Origin: Heteronotia binoei
Taxonomy: Eukaryota
NCBI RefSeq assembly: GCF_032191835.1
Contig: NC_083237.1
Location: 24,738,001 to 24,802,000 of the forward strand
Reading direction: 5' to 3'
DNA length: 64,000 nucleotides
Below, piece by piece: positions 47,045-58,696 of the stretch (positions are counted from its first letter, which is position 1; every line of letters starts with the position of its first letter). The notes below the pieces were generated by a model. The model had not been told where the DNA came from and did no database searches. It saw nothing but the letters and a program-made list of their open reading frames with translations. The position numbers were made by a program, and so were the translations under genes.

Positions 47045-50000
47045 TTTAGTTTATTTATTTATTTATATTTTGATTTATATCCCGCCCTTCCCACCGAAGT
47101 GGCTCAGGGTGGCTTACAACATATAAAACTTACATAGGTTTGACTTAAAAACAATTACATAGCAACAGTTAAAACAGTGGATTAATAAAAGATAAGACAT
47201 AAAAAATAAAAACCGGCGGTCTGTCAGAATGCACTCTAGCTCCATCCAGATTTCTCAGTGTCGGTTAATTGTAGGCCAGCCGGAAGAGGACTGTCTTGCA
47301 GGCCCTGCGGAACTGCCCTAGGTCCCGCAGGGCCCCCACCTCTTCCGGCAGCTGATTCCACCAGTAAGGCGCCGTTACCGAGAAGGCCCGATCCCTGGTA
47401 GATTTCAAACGGGCCTCCTTTGGCCCGGGGATTACAAGCAGGTTTTGCGAACCTGATCTCAGTACTCTCTGGGGAACGTGTGGGGAGAGACGGTCCCTAA
47501 GGTAGGCAGGTCCTAGGCCATATAGGGCTTTAAAGGTAATGACCAGCACCTTGTACCGGACTCGGAATATTATTGGCAGCCAGTGCAGATCTCGAAGCCC
47601 CGGCCGAATGTGCTCCCATCTTGGGAGCCCTAATAACAGCCGGGCAGCGGCATTCTGCACTAACTGCAACTTCCGGGTTCGGCACAAGGGCAGCCCCATG
47701 TAGAGGGCATTACAGTAGTCCAACCTCGAGGTGACCGTAGCATGAATCACCGTTGCTAGATCGTTGTGCTCCAGGAAAGGGGCCAGCTGCCTCGCCCGCC
47801 TAAGATGAAAGAATGCGGACTTGGCAGTGGCTGCTATCTGAGCCTCCATTGTCAATGAAGGCTCTAATAGTACCCCCAGACTCTTGACCCTCTGCGCCGC
47901 TGTCAACGGCACCCCATCGAAGACTGGCAGGGGAATTTCCCTTCCCGGGCCACGACGACCCAAGCAAAGGACCTCTGTCTTCGCCGGATTCAGCTTCAGC
48001 CCACTCAGCCTAAGCCACCCAGCCACCGCCTGTAACGCCCAGTCCAAGTTTTCTGGGGCGCAGGCAGGCCGGCCGTCCATAAGTAGATAGAGCTGGGTGT
48101 CATCAGCATACTGATGACAACCCAACCCATACCTTCGGGCAATCTGGGCAAGGGGGCGCATATAGATGTTAAACAACATCGGGGAAAGAACTGCCCCCTG
48201 AGGCACTCCGCAATCTAGCATGTGTCTCCGGGATAGTTCGTCCCCAATCGCCACCCTTTGTCCCCGACCGTCAAGGAAAGAGGAAAGCCATTGTAAGGCC
48301 AGCCCCTGAATCCCCGCGTCGGCAAGGCAGCAAGCCAGCAACCGATGGTCGACCGTATCGAACGCTGCCGATAGGTCCAACAGCATCAGCACCGCCGAGC
48401 CGCCTTGATCCAGATGCCGTTGAAGGTCATCCACCAGGGCAACCAGCACTGTCTCCGTCCCGTGGCCCGGGCGAAAACCAGACTGGCGGGGGTCAAGGAT
48501 AGAAGCATCCTCCAGGAAGCTCTGTAGCTGCAACGCCACTGCCCTCTCGATAAGTTTGCCCAAAAATGGCAAATTCGAGACCGGCCAATAATGTGCCAAT
48601 TCGGCCAGGTCTAACGTTTTTTTCAAGAGGGGACGGACCACCGCCTCTTTAAGCGCTGATGGAAAATGCCCCTCCAATAGGGATCTGTTTATGATATCCC
48701 GTACAGGATATCTCAGCTCCCTCTGGCTGGTCTTAATAAGCCAAGAGGGGCACGGGTCCAGATTACAAGTTGTTGGGCATGCAGATAAGAGGATCCTGTC
48801 AACTTCCTCCAGGCTGAGAGCACCGAAGCCATCCAGAACACAATCCGATGACAGGCATGGAGCCTCGGGTTCACTAGCTGTATCTAATATGGCAGGGAGG
48901 TCGGAGCGGAGCGACGCAGTTTTATCCGCAAAGAAATTCGCAAAAGCCTCACAGCCAATTTCCAATTCGTTAGAATTTAGTCTGCCCTGTGGCAGCGTTG
49001 TAAGAGTCCGAATTATATTAAACAATTGTGCCGGGCGCAAAGTTGCAGATGCAATCTCGGCTGCAAAGTATGTTTTCTTTGCAGCCTTGACTGCCATCTC
49101 ATAGGACTTCATAAACTCTCTATAAGATGTTCAAGTCGCTTCGTCTCGAGTACGCCGCCATTGCCTCTCTAGTTGTCTGAGTCCCCATTTTAAACGCCGC
49201 AACTCCTGGTTATACCAAGGTGTCAGCTTTAAACGAGGGCGCAGAGGACGCCTTGGTGCGATCTCATCGATGGCCCTGGAGAGCCTGTCATTCCAGGACT
49301 CCACCAGGTCATCTAGGGAATCGCCAGGGGGCCAGGGATCCCGCAGGGCCATCAGGAACCGTTCCGGGTCCATCAGGCTCCGCGGGTGAGCTAAAATATG
49401 CTCGCCGCCTAAACGGGCTTGAGGTGGGACATCCACACGAGCCTTGAGGGCATAGTGATCCGACCATGGCACTGCTATAGAAGCAAGATCGTTCACTGAA
49501 ACTCCCACCGCGAAGACCAAGTCTAACATGTGCCCCGCCTGGTGGGTGGGCGTTGTAACTAATTGGGAGAGTCCTACTGTCACCACGGAAGACACCAGGT
49601 CCATCGCCTGATTGGAGGTCACGTCATCGGCATGAACATTGAAGTCACCCAGGATCAAAAGCCTCGGGTGCTCCAATGCCCAGCCTGCTGCGGCCTCCAT
49701 CAGGGATGGTAAGGCGCTGGCCGGTGCGTTAGGCGGTCGGTACACCAGCCAGATCGCCAACCCCTCCCCAACGTCCCACGCCAGACCGGCACATTCAATG
49801 CCCTTGATCTCCGGGGCCGGGAGAGCCCGGAAGGAGTAAACCTCTCGTATGAACAATGCCACTCCTCCCCCCGCCCGCTAGTCTGCGACTGGTGAAAGAC
49901 CGAGTATCCTGGGGGGGCCATCTGGGAGAGAGCTACGGTCTCCCCATCACGCACCCAGGTCTCAGTCACGCATGCCAGGTCCATGTCCTGCTCAAGCAGG

Positions 50001-50474
50001 AATTCCCGAAGGATAGAGGTCTTATTATTAATGGACCTGGCATTACATAACACCAGTGACGGAGGCGAGTAATTTCGCCTGGCCCCACTACCTGTCACCA
50101 TCGGGATGGGACGCAGACTGGAAGGAGGTCAAGCACTATCTTGTCTCAGTCCCCTTCCCTTACATTTCCGCCTGTTCCCACCGTCATACCTTCCCCTCCC
50201 CAGGAGTACCGAAATCCCCAGGCCAGTCATCTCTTACTGGTATCCACCAACCCTTCAACTGACAGGATGTTTAAGCTTGTCCCTTCTCAACCCTCCCAAC
50301 TCCTATCAACCTATCAATAAATTACCCACCAATATTCTAATAGTTATTTAATATAAAACCCTCCCCAGCACAAAATCCTAAATCGTTAGCTAACAGTAAT
50401 AAATTATTAAATCCATTGGCTCCTTAAATAAAACCTTCCCCAATCAATATCCCTCTTCCAATTAATTAGCCATA
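47045..50474 (-). mobile_element. L2-clade LINE, near-complete APE-RT ORF2 with one frameshift (~49867) and one nonsense codon (49131-49133); inserted into a MITE
   Basis: APE motifs LCNARSINNK, ACVTETW, GDFNVH and WSDH. RT motifs LLDLSAAFDTVDH, GVPQGAVLSPMLFNIYM and YADDTQLY. L2-type 3' tail gagccacttcggtgggaagggcgggatataaat plus a TAAA-type repeat. Confidence 0.93.
47265..49112 (-). CDS. L2 ORF2, reverse-transcriptase portion (615 aa open frame)
   Basis: ORF track; RT motifs as above. In frame with the upstream APE segment across a single TGA. Confidence 0.9.
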   Translation of the reverse strand: MKSYEMAVKAAKKTYFAAEIASATLRPAQLFNIIRTLTTLPQGRLNSNELEIGCEAFANFFADKTASLRSDLPAILDTASEPEAPCLSSDCVLDGFGALSLEEVDRILLSACPTTCNLDPCPSWLIKTSQRELRYPVRDIINRSLLEGHFPSALKEAVVRPLLKKTLDLAELAHYWPVSNLPFLGKLIERAVALQLQSFLEDASILDPRQSGFRPGHGTETVLVALVDDLQRHLDQGGSAVLMLLDLSAAFDTVDHRLLACCLADAGIQGLALQWLSSFLDGRGQRVAIGDELSRRHMLDCGVPQGAVLSPMLFNIYMRPLAQIARRYGLGCHQYADDTQLYLLMDGRPACAPENLDWALQAVAGWLRLSGLKLNPAKTEVLCLGRRGPGREIPLPVFDGVPLTAAQRVKSLGVLLEPSLTMEAQIAATAKSAFFHLRRARQLAPFLEHNDLATVIHATVTSRLDYCNALYMGLPLCRTRKLQLVQNAAARLLLGLPRWEHIRPGLRDLHWLPIIFRVRYKVLVITFKALYGLGPAYLRDRLSPHVPQRVLRSGSQNLLVIPGPKEARLKSTRDRAFSVTAPYWWNQLPEEVGALRDLGQFRRACKTVLFRLAYN

Positions 50475-50810
50475 AATAAGTTCATAAATAAAAGTTCATG
50501 AGGGACACCTGTGTGTTTCTCCTTCATCTCCCTCTTGAGAGTTCTGACACCTTTTCCCCAGAAAAAAGCTCTGGTTGTCTCTATATGCACTGTATATACC
50601 AGGGGTGGCCAAACTTGCTTAACATAAGAGTCACATAGAAAGCAAATAGATGGAGGAGGAAAGGTGGAAAGAAAGCAACTTTAACTTTAAATGCATTCTC
50701 CCAGCCATTGGCTGACTTGGCAAAGTGATTTAATTAGAGTTGACAAATGCCTTCTCCAAGCCAAGTGAGGGCGGCGGTGGGGGGGGGGGGCTTCAAGAGC
50801 CACACAATAT

Positions 50811-53800
50811 TATTTATTTACTAATCAATTAGGAAAGATTTTAGTGATCTGGATAATTAGGAACCAAGGACGGGGGTGGGCTGGGGATCTGTGCTGTTTA
50901 TGTAAATTAGTCAGTTGAACTTAACAATAACCATCAAAGAATAGGCTTGGGATGACCGGTCAGGGGATTTCAGTGCTCCTGGGGAGGGGAAGATATGACG
51001 GTGGGAATGGACGGAGATATGAGAGAAGGAGACAGAGACAAAATAGTGCTCGGCCCCCTTCTAGTCTACTTCCCATCCCAACGGTGACAAGTAGGGGGAC
51101 CAAGAGAATTTGCCCGCGTCCGACACTGGTGCTATGCAACGCCAGGTCTATAAATAATAAGACCGAGACCATCAAGGACTTCCTGCTTCGGCAGGATGCA
51201 GACCTGGCTTGCGTGACCGAGACCTGGGTTCAAGAGGGAGAGACAACGGCACTCTCCCAGATGACTCCCCCGGGTTACTCGGTCTTCCACCAGTCGCGGA
51301 TTAGCGGGCGGGGGGGGCGGGGTGGCGGTATTCATGCGGGAGGCTTACTCCTTCCGGGCCCTCCCGGCCCCAAAGATCGATGGTGTTGAATGTGTCGGCC
51401 TTGTGTTGGATGTCGGGGAGAGGTTGGCGATCTGGCTGGTGTACCGTCCGCCTAACGCACCGGCCAGCGCCTTACCATCCCTGATGGAGGCGGTGTCCGG
51501 CTGGGCGTTGGAGTACCCAGGGCTTCTGGTCCTGGGTGACTTCAATGTCCACGCCGATGACGCGGCGTCCACTCAGGCGATGGACCTAGTGTCTTCCATG
51601 GCGACACTGGGACTCTCCCAATTTGTTACGACTCCCACACATCAGGCTAGACACACATTAGATCTGATCTTTGCGGCCGGGATTAAAGTGAACGAAATCG
51701 CGACGGAGGCGATACCATGGTCGGATCACTTAGCCCTCAAGGCTCGTATGGAGACGCTACCACAACCCTGTAAGGGCGGAGAGCCTATTTTGGCTCGCCC
51801 GCGGAGCCTGATGGACCCGGAACGGTTCCAAACAGCTCTTCGGGATCCTTGGCCCCCTTGCGATTCCCTTGATGCCCTGGTTGATGCCTGGCAAGACCGG
51901 CTATCTGGGGCAATCAACGAGATCGCACCCCGACGTCCTCTGCGCCCTCGTTCAAGGCTGGCTCCCTGGTATACCCTGGAGCTACGCCGGTTGAAACAAG
52001 GACTCCGATGACTAGAGAGGCAGTGGCGGCGCACTCGTGGCGAAGCGGCGAGAACATCCTACAGAACGTTTATGAGGTCGTATGAGATGGCAGTCAAGAC
52101 CGCGAAGAAGAAGTACTTCGCGGCCAAGATTGCGTCTGCAAATTCGCGCCCGGCACAATTGTTTAAAATAATTGGACATTTAACTACACTGCCCCAGGGC
52201 AGACCAAACGTCAGAGAATTAGAAATAGGCTGTGAGGCTTTTGCGAAATTTTTTGCAGACAAAATCACGTCGCTCCGCCAGGACCTGCCCATCACCTTAG
52301 ATACAGCACATGAGCCCGAGGCCCCTTGCCTGTCTTCTGATTTAACTCTGGATCATTTCGACCCGCTCAGCCTGGAGGAAGTTGACGGAATTCTCTCCTC
52401 TGCGCGCCCCACAACTTGTGATTTGGACCCATGCCCCTCCTGGCTAATTAAATCCTGCCTGAGGGAGCTTGAATGTCCTCTACGGGACATCATAAATAGA
52501 TCCCTCTCGGAGGGGCGCTTTCCATCATCCCTGAAAGAGGCTTTGGTCCGACCCCTCTTGAAAAAAAGTACAGCAGACCCGGCCGAATTGGCAAACTACC
52601 GACCGGTCTCTAATTTACCGTTTTTAGGTAAAATGATAGAGAGGGCAGTGGCGTCGCAGTTGCAGAGTTTTCTGGATGACGCTTCCATCCTAGACCCTTG
52701 CCAGTCCGGCTTTCGCCCGGGTCATGGGACGGAGACAGTACTGGTCGCCCTGGTAGATGATCTCCAACGGCATCTGGATCGGGGCGGTGTGGCGGTGCTG
52801 ATGCTGTTAGATCTGTCGGCCGCGTTCGACACGGTCGACCATCGGCTACTGACCCGCCGCCTCGCCGATATAGGGGTGAGGGGGTCTGCCTTACAATGGC
52901 TCTCCTCCTTCCTCGAGGATCGGGGACAAAGGGTGGCAATTGGTGGCGAGCGGTCCCGGAGGCGCACACTGGATTGTGGAGTGCCTCAAGGGGCAGTTCT
53001 CTCACCAATATTATTCAATATCTATATGCGCCCTCTTGCCCAGATTGCCAGGAGATATGGACTTGGGTGCCACCAATATGCAGATGACACCCAACTCTAT
53101 CTGCTGATGGACGGCCGGCCTGGCTGCGTCCCTGAAAATTTAGACCGGGCCTTGCAGGATATGGCAATGTGGTTGAGGGGGAGCGGGCTGAAATTGAATC
53201 CAGCGAAGACAGAAGTCCTTTGTCTGGGTCGGGGCGCCCGGGAAGGGGAAATACCTCTCCCGGTCTTCGACGGGGCGCCGCTGAAAGCGACGCACCGGGT
53301 TAGGAGTCTGGGAGTTTTACTGGAGCCTTCTTTATCAATGGAGGCCCAGATTGCAGCCACTTCCAAGTCAGCCTTTTTTCACCTGAGGCGGGCAAGGCAG
53401 TTGGCTCCCTTCCTAGAGCGCCAAGACCTGGCAACGGTACTTCACGCAACGGTCACCTCGAGACTGGATTACTGTAATGCCCTCTACATGGGGCTGCCTC
53501 TGTACCGAACCCGGAAGCTGCAGCTGGTGCAGAACGCAGCGGCCAGACTGTTGTCGGGGCTCCCTAAATGGGAGCACATACAGCCTGGGCTGCGCGAGCT
53601 GCACTGGCTGCCAGTTACATACCGGATTCGTTACAAAGTGCTGGTCATTACCTTTAAAGCCCTATATGGTCGAGGACCTGTCTACCTTAGGGACCGTCTC
53701 TCCCCATACGAACCCCAGAGAGCACTGAGGTCAGCTGGAAAAAACTTGTTGACCACCCCCGGACCGAAAGAGGTGAAGCTGCAATGCACCCGTAACCGGG

Positions 53801-54156
53801 CCTTCTCCTCTGCAGCCCCGAACCTATGGAACCAACTTCCAGAGGAAATGCAGGCCCTGCGGGACCTTGAACAATTCCGCAGGGCCTGCAAGACCTTCCT
53901 CTTCCGACTGGCTTTCGCTGACGAAGAAAGAAATTGCTAATGATTACCGCCATTATAAAAGCACAATTAGCATTAGCACTTTTATCAACTTAATTAAGTG
54001 ATTTTAAACTTATCAGAATTTTTAATGTTTAATGTTAATGTAACCTTGTCTTTTGTATAAGGGAAATTGAATGATGTTGTTAGCCGCCCTGAGCCTGCTC
54101 CGGCGGGGAGGGCGGGATATAAATAAAATTATCTATCTATCTATCTATCTATCTAT
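50811..54156 (+). mobile_element. L2-clade LINE, near-complete APE-RT ORF2 (ATG 50952) with one frameshift (~51312) and one nonsense codon (52009-52011); inserted into a hAT MITE
   Basis: Same APE/RT motifs. The tail gagggcgggatataaataaaatt is followed by (atct)n. Boundaries are defined by the interrupted MITE (cacacaatat | gcatgaaagagccacatgtgg). Confidence 0.95.
52072..53940 (+). CDS. L2 ORF2, reverse-transcriptase portion (622 aa open frame)
   Basis: ORF track; NYRPVSNLPFLGK, QSGFRPGHGTET, LLDLSAAFDTVDH, GVPQGAVLSPILFNIYM, YADDTQLY. Confidence 0.92.
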   Translation: MRSYEMAVKTAKKKYFAAKIASANSRPAQLFKIIGHLTTLPQGRPNVRELEIGCEAFAKFFADKITSLRQDLPITLDTAHEPEAPCLSSDLTLDHFDPLSLEEVDGILSSARPTTCDLDPCPSWLIKSCLRELECPLRDIINRSLSEGRFPSSLKEALVRPLLKKSTADPAELANYRPVSNLPFLGKMIERAVASQLQSFLDDASILDPCQSGFRPGHGTETVLVALVDDLQRHLDRGGVAVLMLLDLSAAFDTVDHRLLTRRLADIGVRGSALQWLSSFLEDRGQRVAIGGERSRRRTLDCGVPQGAVLSPILFNIYMRPLAQIARRYGLGCHQYADDTQLYLLMDGRPGCVPENLDRALQDMAMWLRGSGLKLNPAKTEVLCLGRGAREGEIPLPVFDGAPLKATHRVRSLGVLLEPSLSMEAQIAATSKSAFFHLRRARQLAPFLERQDLATVLHATVTSRLDYCNALYMGLPLYRTRKLQLVQNAAARLLSGLPKWEHIQPGLRELHWLPVTYRIRYKVLVITFKALYGRGPVYLRDRLSPYEPQRALRSAGKNLLTTPGPKEVKLQCTRNRAFSSAAPNLWNQLPEEMQALRDLEQFRRACKTFLFRLAFADEERNC

Positions 54157-57100
54157 GCATGAAAGAGCCACATGTGGCACCAAGCCACAATTTGGCTACC
54201 CCTGGTATATATGTTTTTCGGAAATGCAGTTCTTCACATATCCCATCCTTTCTCCAAGGGGCTCAGGGTGGTTTCTCTCTCCTCCCCCTGGCACTTTATC
54301 TCCACAGGTAGTTCAGACAGGTCAGGCTGAGAAAGAGTAACTGGACCAAGCTGACATTTCTACCTTCCTGCTCCCTCAATCACAGGCCCATGGAATTCAT
54401 GGCTGCAAGCAGTGGTACTTTCCCCAGCTCCTTGGGCCCACAAGGCAACTGGCCCCCTCAGAATCTGATCAGAACATGTCCCAGAATCCTCTACAACAGT
54501 TAGAGGTGGCACCCTCAGCAGACAAGCTTGAAAAGCCACTGTTGTAACCTCAGGGATCCAGCGTTCTCCCTGTCAAAGGCCAAATTAGAGAGGTTTCAGG
54601 AGAATTCTCCCACCATGATATCCCTCATCCTGCATTCCTTTACCTTCCCTCAAAATTTTGAGGGGTGATCTCTTCTACACCCAGCACAGAGAACAACTGA
54701 ATCCTGACAGATTACTTTTGACACTAATACTGCTTTACTGACAGAACTGGATGGTCAAAGCGGATTGAGCATATGGCTGAGGGCAGGGAGGGACAGCCAA
54801 ATTAGCAGGAGCCCATTGCAATTAGCTATCAGAGTGGGTGGGATGAGACACTCAACACCACTATAAGAAAGGTGGAATCTTCTACTGGTCAGATACGGAG
54901 TGGGGAGCACTGGGAACCAGTATTTCTGAGAAAGTAAAGAGCTAGAATTAGGGAAATGAATACAGATGACCCAGGATTCTTCTAGAAGAAGGGACTGGAG
55001 TAGTATCAAGAATAGCCCAAAGTCCTGAGTTTCCTAGGTAGGCCACTTTGTGATTCAGAGTAAGAGTTAACTAGAGTATCCCAGAAGCAGCAAGCTGCTA
55101 ATTTCTCTAGATATTTTAATATTGTGTCCTATGTTTTCCAGATACAATCTGTCCTTCACTCATTTTATCCTCATGACAGCTAACTAAAGATTAGCTCTAA
55201 GAAGCCATTATGATCTGATAGACTAGACAGGCCTGGGTTCAAGCCACTCCTCAGTCTTGTGGCTAACCAGGTGCCCTTGGGCCATTACTGTTGGTTTCAT
55301 CATACCTCATAGGATTGTTGTAGAGCTAACGTCTAAGCTCCTCAGAAGAAAGGCGAGATATACTGGCTGGTCCAAATCTCCCCAGAGAATTTTATGGCCA
55401 ACTAAGGCGTCCATCTTGACTGTCCCATGTTCATCCCATGCTGCCAACTATGAGTTGTGAAATTCCTGGATATTTGGGGTGCAGCTTGGGGCGGGTGGGT
55501 TTTAGGATTGCCAAGTTCAATTCAAGAAATATCTGGGGACTTTGGGGGTGGAGCCAGGAGACTTTGGGGGTGGAGCCAGGAGTAAGGTTGTGACAAGCAT
55601 AATTGAACTCCAAAGGGAGTTTTGGCCATCACATTTAAAGAGACTGCACACTTTTTAAATGCCTTCCCTCCATGGGAAATAATGAAGGAAAGGGGCACCT
55701 TCTTTGTGGCTCATAGAATTGGACCCCCTGGTCCAATCCTTTTGAAACTTGGAGGGTGTTCTGAGGAGAGGCATTGGATGCAATGCTGCAAATGTGGTGC
55801 CTCGAGCTAAAAAAAAAAACAGCCCCTCCAGATCCCCAGATACCTGCAGATCAATTCACCATTATACCCTATGGGAATCAGTCTCCATAGGGAATAATAG
55901 AGTGCCCAGCAGACATTTCCCTCCTCCCCCTTGCTTTCTGATGACCCTGAAGTGGGGAGAGGGTCTCCAAACCAGGGGATCCCCTGGCCCCACCTGGGGG
56001 TTGGCAACCCTGGTGGGTTTTGGGGAGGGAAGTGACTACACTCATCAGGGATATGTCATAGAATCCACCTTCCAACATTTCTTCCAGGGGAACTGATCTC
56101 CATTATGGAGGCAGAGAACAGTTGTAATACTGGGAGATCTCCAGACCCTTTGAGGTTGGGAAACCTACATGTTCACATACATGTTCCTCTGTTCTTCGGT
56201 CCTTCCCCAGTGCCCTGCTACTTGAGCACTGAAGTTTTGGGGGGCACCTATTCATCTGATAGGAGGCATGGGTTTTCTGTTATTTATCTATTGCTGTCAT
56301 CCATTGTTTTATGGATTTTATGATGTAAGCTGCCTTGAGCCCACTCGTGGGATGGGGTGGTATCAATTTAGTAGTAGTTGTTGTTGTTGTCTCTCCATTG
56401 CAGTAACTCCTGGAATCCTGAATTAATGCATGCATATTCAGGGTTAAATCCCACTGATTACAATAGGGCTTAATCCTAAATCAGTGCCTACAGGATTGCA
56501 GGCTGCAAATATGTGCATACTGATATGGAGACAAGGCCTATTGAATACAGTGGGCTTTCCCTGTTCATCTATCTCAGGGCTCACCCTGTTCGTATTGAAC
56601 TTGTGGACATTTTTAAATTTTGAAAATAGGCAGTTGATACCACCACAGAATGGCTGCCCTGGGAGAATGGGGCCTGTCACAAAATGGCTGCCACCAGCTA
56701 CTGAAGTAGGGGAACCACCTCTGGCTGGGGAGGGGAAAAATATGGAGAGGGAAGGTGAGTCATGGCAACTCTAGAATGCCACTTCTAGTTACATAACTGG
56801 AAGTGATGTCATATGTCACAGCAATGCTCTAGCACTCCCCCAAATCTCTATGGTTTCACCATACATATTTTGGGGATTGCTAGAGTGCTGTGCTACTCAT
56901 GACTTTACTTCCAGTTATGCAGCCAGAACAGTTACTCACAGGGTGTCTGTTGTGGGGAGGTGAAGGGAAGGAGATTGTAAGCCTCTCTGAAACTGATAAA
57001 TCCATTATTTTCTCCTCCTCCTCCTCTTTATTTATTCAGACATTTGTCTTGTCACTTACAGAGGCGAGTCGACATCTTGCATTCCAAAGAATACCAAATT

Positions 57101-58588
57101 CCAGAAATATGTTGTGCACAAAATATATCATGTATATTTAATTAATACTAAAGATATCACACAAAAATTATACAGTTTTAGGAGAAAAAATAAAAATCAC
57201 ATTCTAATAACCCCAAATATGCTGCATTTAAAAAACATCTCATCCTTCCTCCATGATCTCCTCTACACACACACACCCCATTCTGACATCACAACAAACT
57301 TCTGAGGTAGGCTAGGAAACAGGGATTTATGACAGAGTGAGAATTTGCATCCCAGGGGTGCACAAATGCAGCATGATACTGCATGGAAACAAAAAACCTG
57401 TGTGGAAATGGCCTTTGTAGCATACTGGACAACAAACATATAGACTTTAAATTTTAAAAAATGAATGTGCACACACACAAAAAAAACTATATTAGAGCAA
57501 CAACAGACAATTCAAAAACAAACACCCACCCAATACATTGACTTCCAGAATCCTGACAGAATAGGTAAATTTCCATTTGTCTGTAAAAGGAGAGAAGAGA
57601 ATGTCATCTAAGTTGAGGTGGGATGGAATTCTATATCCTAGGGGCTACCTAAGAAGAGGCCCTGATCCTAACAGGAGACAGTCTGACCATTAGAGCTGAT
57701 GGTAGATGGAGCACAGCCTCATTGGCTGACAGAGAAGCCCAGGGTGGGAGGAGTGGATTAAAGAGCTTCTCTTTGAGACTCTGAACCCAGGCCAGTATAA
57801 ATACGTATCATGATTCTCCAGTTCTGTTTGAGGCAACTTATATTATAAAACATCCATTCTTATGAGCATATGAAGCTGCCTTATACTGAATCAGACCCCC
57901 GGTCCATCAAAGTCAGTATTGTCTACTCAAACTGGCAGCAGCTCTCCAGGGTCTCAAGCTGAGGTTTTTCACGCCTACTTGCCTGGACCCTTTTTAGTTG
58001 GAGTTGCTGGGGATTGAACCTGGGACCTTCTGCTTATCAAGCAGGTGCTCTGCCACTGAGCCACAGTTCCTCCCTACTTCTTTTGACTCTCTCTTCCATA
58101 CACAAACACACCTTTGACTGGATCATGGACTATACACCTATGTGTTTGGCTAGCTATTGTTATTTATAGAGTCATCAATCTTAATGATGCTGTCCTGCAT
58201 AAAAGGGGAAATCTATTTTCTGGAGTCCACACAGCCGTTACTGTCTGCCTGCCTCTCCATCCATCCTCATCCATCACATTTTCCTCCAGACTTATTTCCC
58301 CCTCTCAATATATCATTTGCCCAGGTGCCCAGAACATGGTTGGAAGCAAAGGCTGGGCTTTGGCATTAGGGGAAGGGAGGCCAGGAGGGCAGTGGAGATG
58401 GAGGGAGGGAGGCTGCAATGCTCAAATCCGATTTCCCTTGCCTTAAAGAGCTTGTGGCAAATGTGATCAGCACAACCAAAATAGCCTCTCTATGTGCGTG
58501 AGTGTGTGTGCATGCACAGTCACAGCCGACAGGTGAGGCAAAGAGAAGGCGCAATGGTCCCAGCCCTATTCCCCCATCCCAGGAAGTC

Positions 58589-58596
58589 TATATAAG
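58589..58596 (+). promoter_or_regulatory. TATA box of the visinin gene
   Basis: TATATAAG 108 nt upstream of the visinin ATG, with no intervening ATG. Confidence 0.6.
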
Positions 58597-58696
58597 AAGG
58601 AGCCCCAGCCATCTGCCATTCCACTAGCTGAGAGGGAACACGACGGGACGGGATAATAGCTAGACACATTGGCAAAGCAGTGGATATAGCCTCACC

